Assembly (NCBI GenBank): GCA_963780185.1
Contig: CAWABA010000006.1
Span: forward strand, 864,001-928,000
DNA from: Candidatus Bathyarchaeota archaeon
GTDB taxonomy: Archaea; Thermoproteota; Bathyarchaeia; Bathyarchaeales; Bathycorpusculaceae
Direction: 5' to 3'
Length of the DNA stretch: 64,000 nucleotides
Shown: in pieces, positions 62,023-64,000 of the stretch
How positions within the stretch are numbered: the stretch's first letter is position 1
How the letters are laid out: each line of letters begins with the position of its first letter
Notes under the pieces: model-generated
The model's input: the letters and a program-made list of their open reading frames with translations, nothing else
Databases searched by the model: none
What the model was told of the DNA's origin: nothing
Position numbers and translations under genes: made by a program

Positions 62023-64000
62023 TTATGCGTGTTTTCTTGTGACGAGCAATGCGAGCACTGCGCCGATTATGACGATGACGATGATGATGGCGACGATTCC
62101 GTATTCGACTGTGCTGTTTGATGCTAAGTTGGTGGCTGCTGTTGGTGCTGGTGTTGCTGATGTTGGTGGCAATCCTGCGTAGAACATTGTTGAGGTCGAT
62201 GTTGGATAGTATCCGTGTGTGCCTGCGAAGACTGCGTAGACGGTGTAGTTGCCGGAAATGTCTGGTGTCCATGTTAGACCCCAGTCGCCTAATGCGTTGG
62301 ATGTTGTTGTGCCGATTGATCGGTAGTTGTTGTTGCTGTCTAAGACGTAGACGTTGATTGGTACGCCTGTCAGGTTGCTTGGCAGTGGCTGCTGCTCATA
62401 AGCTGCTTCCATCAATCCGGACATGCTAGCGTCTGAAACGCATGGCAAACCGTTCGGGAAGTTCTTTGCGACCGCTGATTGCGAAGCTCCTGGAGAGACG
62501 TCTGTGATGGTTCCTGTTATGGTTATTGGTGTCTTTGTTGTTACGCCGATTTGAGGTGCGCTGATGGTTATCTTGCTTGGTCCTTGTGCGTATGCGTAGA
62601 CCTGGCCGTCGTAGCTGTTGAATGTTGTCATGACGCCGTATGCGACTGCTGTTGATGTATCGTCAAAGCCCAAGTTGCTCCAGACTAGTTGCCCTGTATT
62701 GGCGTTCAATGCTACTTCTAAGGCTCCGTGTAGCAGCGGTGGGTTGTATTCGTGTCCTTCAGAGAGGTAAAGGATTGTGTCTGCGCCTTGGCCTGCTAGG
62801 GCTTCATCTGAGAAGACCCAGAGGGGGTAGGTTCCGTATGGAGATTCTGTGCCTGCGGGCCCGTTAATCTGGTATGTGCTCCAGTCCCAGATTATGTTGC
62901 CGTTGGTCATGTTGACAGCCCATACATCCCCGCCTAAACCCCAGATGTAGAGGACTCCAGTTGTTGAGTCAGGGTTAGTTGTGAGGCCGTAAGAGTCGTA
63001 TTGGTTCGGCATTTGGCCGTCAGACATTTTCACGTTGAGGTTGGTTGTCCAGATTTGTTTGCCTGTGTCCAGCGAGTATCCAGCGAGCTCGTATGAAGCA
63101 TAGTTAGCTTCGCAGTAGATTCCGTCGCAGCCTGCGGGTGTGTTGCTGATTCTTGTGTAGGCTGGGTTAAAGATGCCACCAGTTCTGTTCGTTATCCACA
63201 TCAACGCGCCTGTGTTTGCATTATATCCTGCTTCTACTAGAAAGCCTTCTTGCTCTCCGACTGAAGTGAAGCCTGATTGTAAGATTATGGTGTTGCCAAA
63301 CCAGTCGATTCCTGCGACGAGTCCTGAGCCGAGTCCTTGCACGAGTTGGCCGTTAAGCATTGCATTTTCAAGAACAGCCCATTGTAGTCCGCGGTTAAAG
63401 TCGAATGTGGAGCCTAGTGGAACCGTCCAGTCGAATAAGCCGCCTAAAGCTGACATTGGGCCAGATCCTGCAGAGCCTGATGCAATGATTGCTTGTGTGA
63501 AATTGTACATTTCTATTACTTCTGGTCCGTTGGCTGCAGTGTTGAAGGTTACTGGGTTGTATTGGACGAAGCCGCTGTCAGTCCAAACTGGAATGTTCAC
63601 GGTCAGTGTAGGATTGACGGTGGATGGTCCGAATGGTCCAAAAGGTTGGCTCACGTTCTGGGCCAAAGCGTATCCGATTAGGTTTCCGTTGGAATCCGCA
63701 CCGAACAGACTGAACGCAGGAACGTTTGTAACAGTTGCGACCTGTTGACCTGTCAAAGCGTCGTATATAGTCCACGCGTTTGGGCTGGAGAATAAGCCGC
63801 CTCCGTTTTGTGCGACGAGGTATGGGCCGACACATCCGTATTGGTCAATTGTCGGGAAGTTGATTATCATGCCGCATTTCAATGTAAGTGTAGTGTTGAT
63901 TAACCACAGGGTTTGTCCAGTGTATAGATTGAAAGCCATGATTCCTTGCGTGCTACCTGTTTGGGTTGTGTACCAGTTTGAGTATTCTATTCCGTCCATG
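62023..64000 (-). CDS. Large surface protein with PQQ-like beta-propeller and C-terminal TM; start lies beyond the window
   Basis: A.N..TG..LW blades, NSYDGQVYAY.QGPSK, PCVSDASMS, Thr/Pro linker + TM + RKH. Confidence 0.88.
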   Translation of the reverse strand, partial: MDGIEYSNWYTTQTGSTQGIMAFNLYTGQTLWLINTTLTLKCGMIINFPTIDQYGCVGPYLVAQNGGGLFSSPNAWTIYDALTGQQVATVTNVPAFSLFGADSNGNLIGYALAQNVSQPFGPFGPSTVNPTLTVNIPVWTDSGFVQYNPVTFNTAANGPEVIEMYNFTQAIIASGSAGSGPMSALGGLFDWTVPLGSTFDFNRGLQWAVLENAMLNGQLVQGLGSGLVAGIDWFGNTIILQSGFTSVGEQEGFLVEAGYNANTGALMWITNRTGGIFNPAYTRISNTPAGCDGIYCEANYASYELAGYSLDTGKQIWTTNLNVKMSDGQMPNQYDSYGLTTNPDSTTGVLYIWGLGGDVWAVNMTNGNIIWDWSTYQINGPAGTESPYGTYPLWVFSDEALAGQGADTILYLSEGHEYNPPLLHGALEVALNANTGQLVWSNLGFDDTSTAVAYGVMTTFNSYDGQVYAYAQGPSKITISAPQIGVTTKTPITITGTITDVSPGASQSAVAKNFPNGLPCVSDASMSGLMEAAYEQQPLPSNLTGVPINVYVLDSNNNYRSIGTTTSNALGDWGLTWTPDISGNYTVYAVFAGTHGYYPTSTSTMFYAGLPPTSATPAPTAATNLASNSTVEYGIVAIIIVIVIIGAVLALLVTRKHA

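Overview
Archaeal chromosomal window, most consistent with Bathyarchaeia. This is inferred from gene content: TBP, Cdc6/Orc1, PolB2 with its small partner gene, a Zn-ribbon Cren7-like protein, an eL22-like protein and several PQQ-propeller surface proteins. Many conserved genes are split by single-base indels (ECF ATPase and T component, Lhr, PolB2, moaA, moaB, larA, rimI, VWA protein), which points to uncorrected long-read errors, so most frameshifts are not treated as biology. Core blocks: Ni/Co ECF transporter with tandem NikR-type operators, heliorhodopsin, lplA-like, prs-trm11-rnz, Lhr, pyk, signal peptidase, tbp, pyrE, PolB2, Moco genes, cdc6 with a 1.1 kb intergenic candidate origin, larA, rimI, a chemosensory cluster, VWA and SPFH. 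Accessory blocks lie at about 13.5-19.5 kb, 28-38.5 kb and 45.8-50.5 kb. Best candidates for undescribed biology: (1) a Cys-containing HTH regulator heading an array of membrane-anchored proteins that share an N-terminal 'KRL..WCPQP' peptide fused to different extracellular domains, with a vestigial third cassette and a palindromic operator; (2) a chemosensory system that has lost CheR/CheB locally and has a giant sensor-less soluble receptor; (3) a triplicated tRNA-Arg(TCT) integration hotspot. All family assignments are from motif recognition only; no database searches were run.
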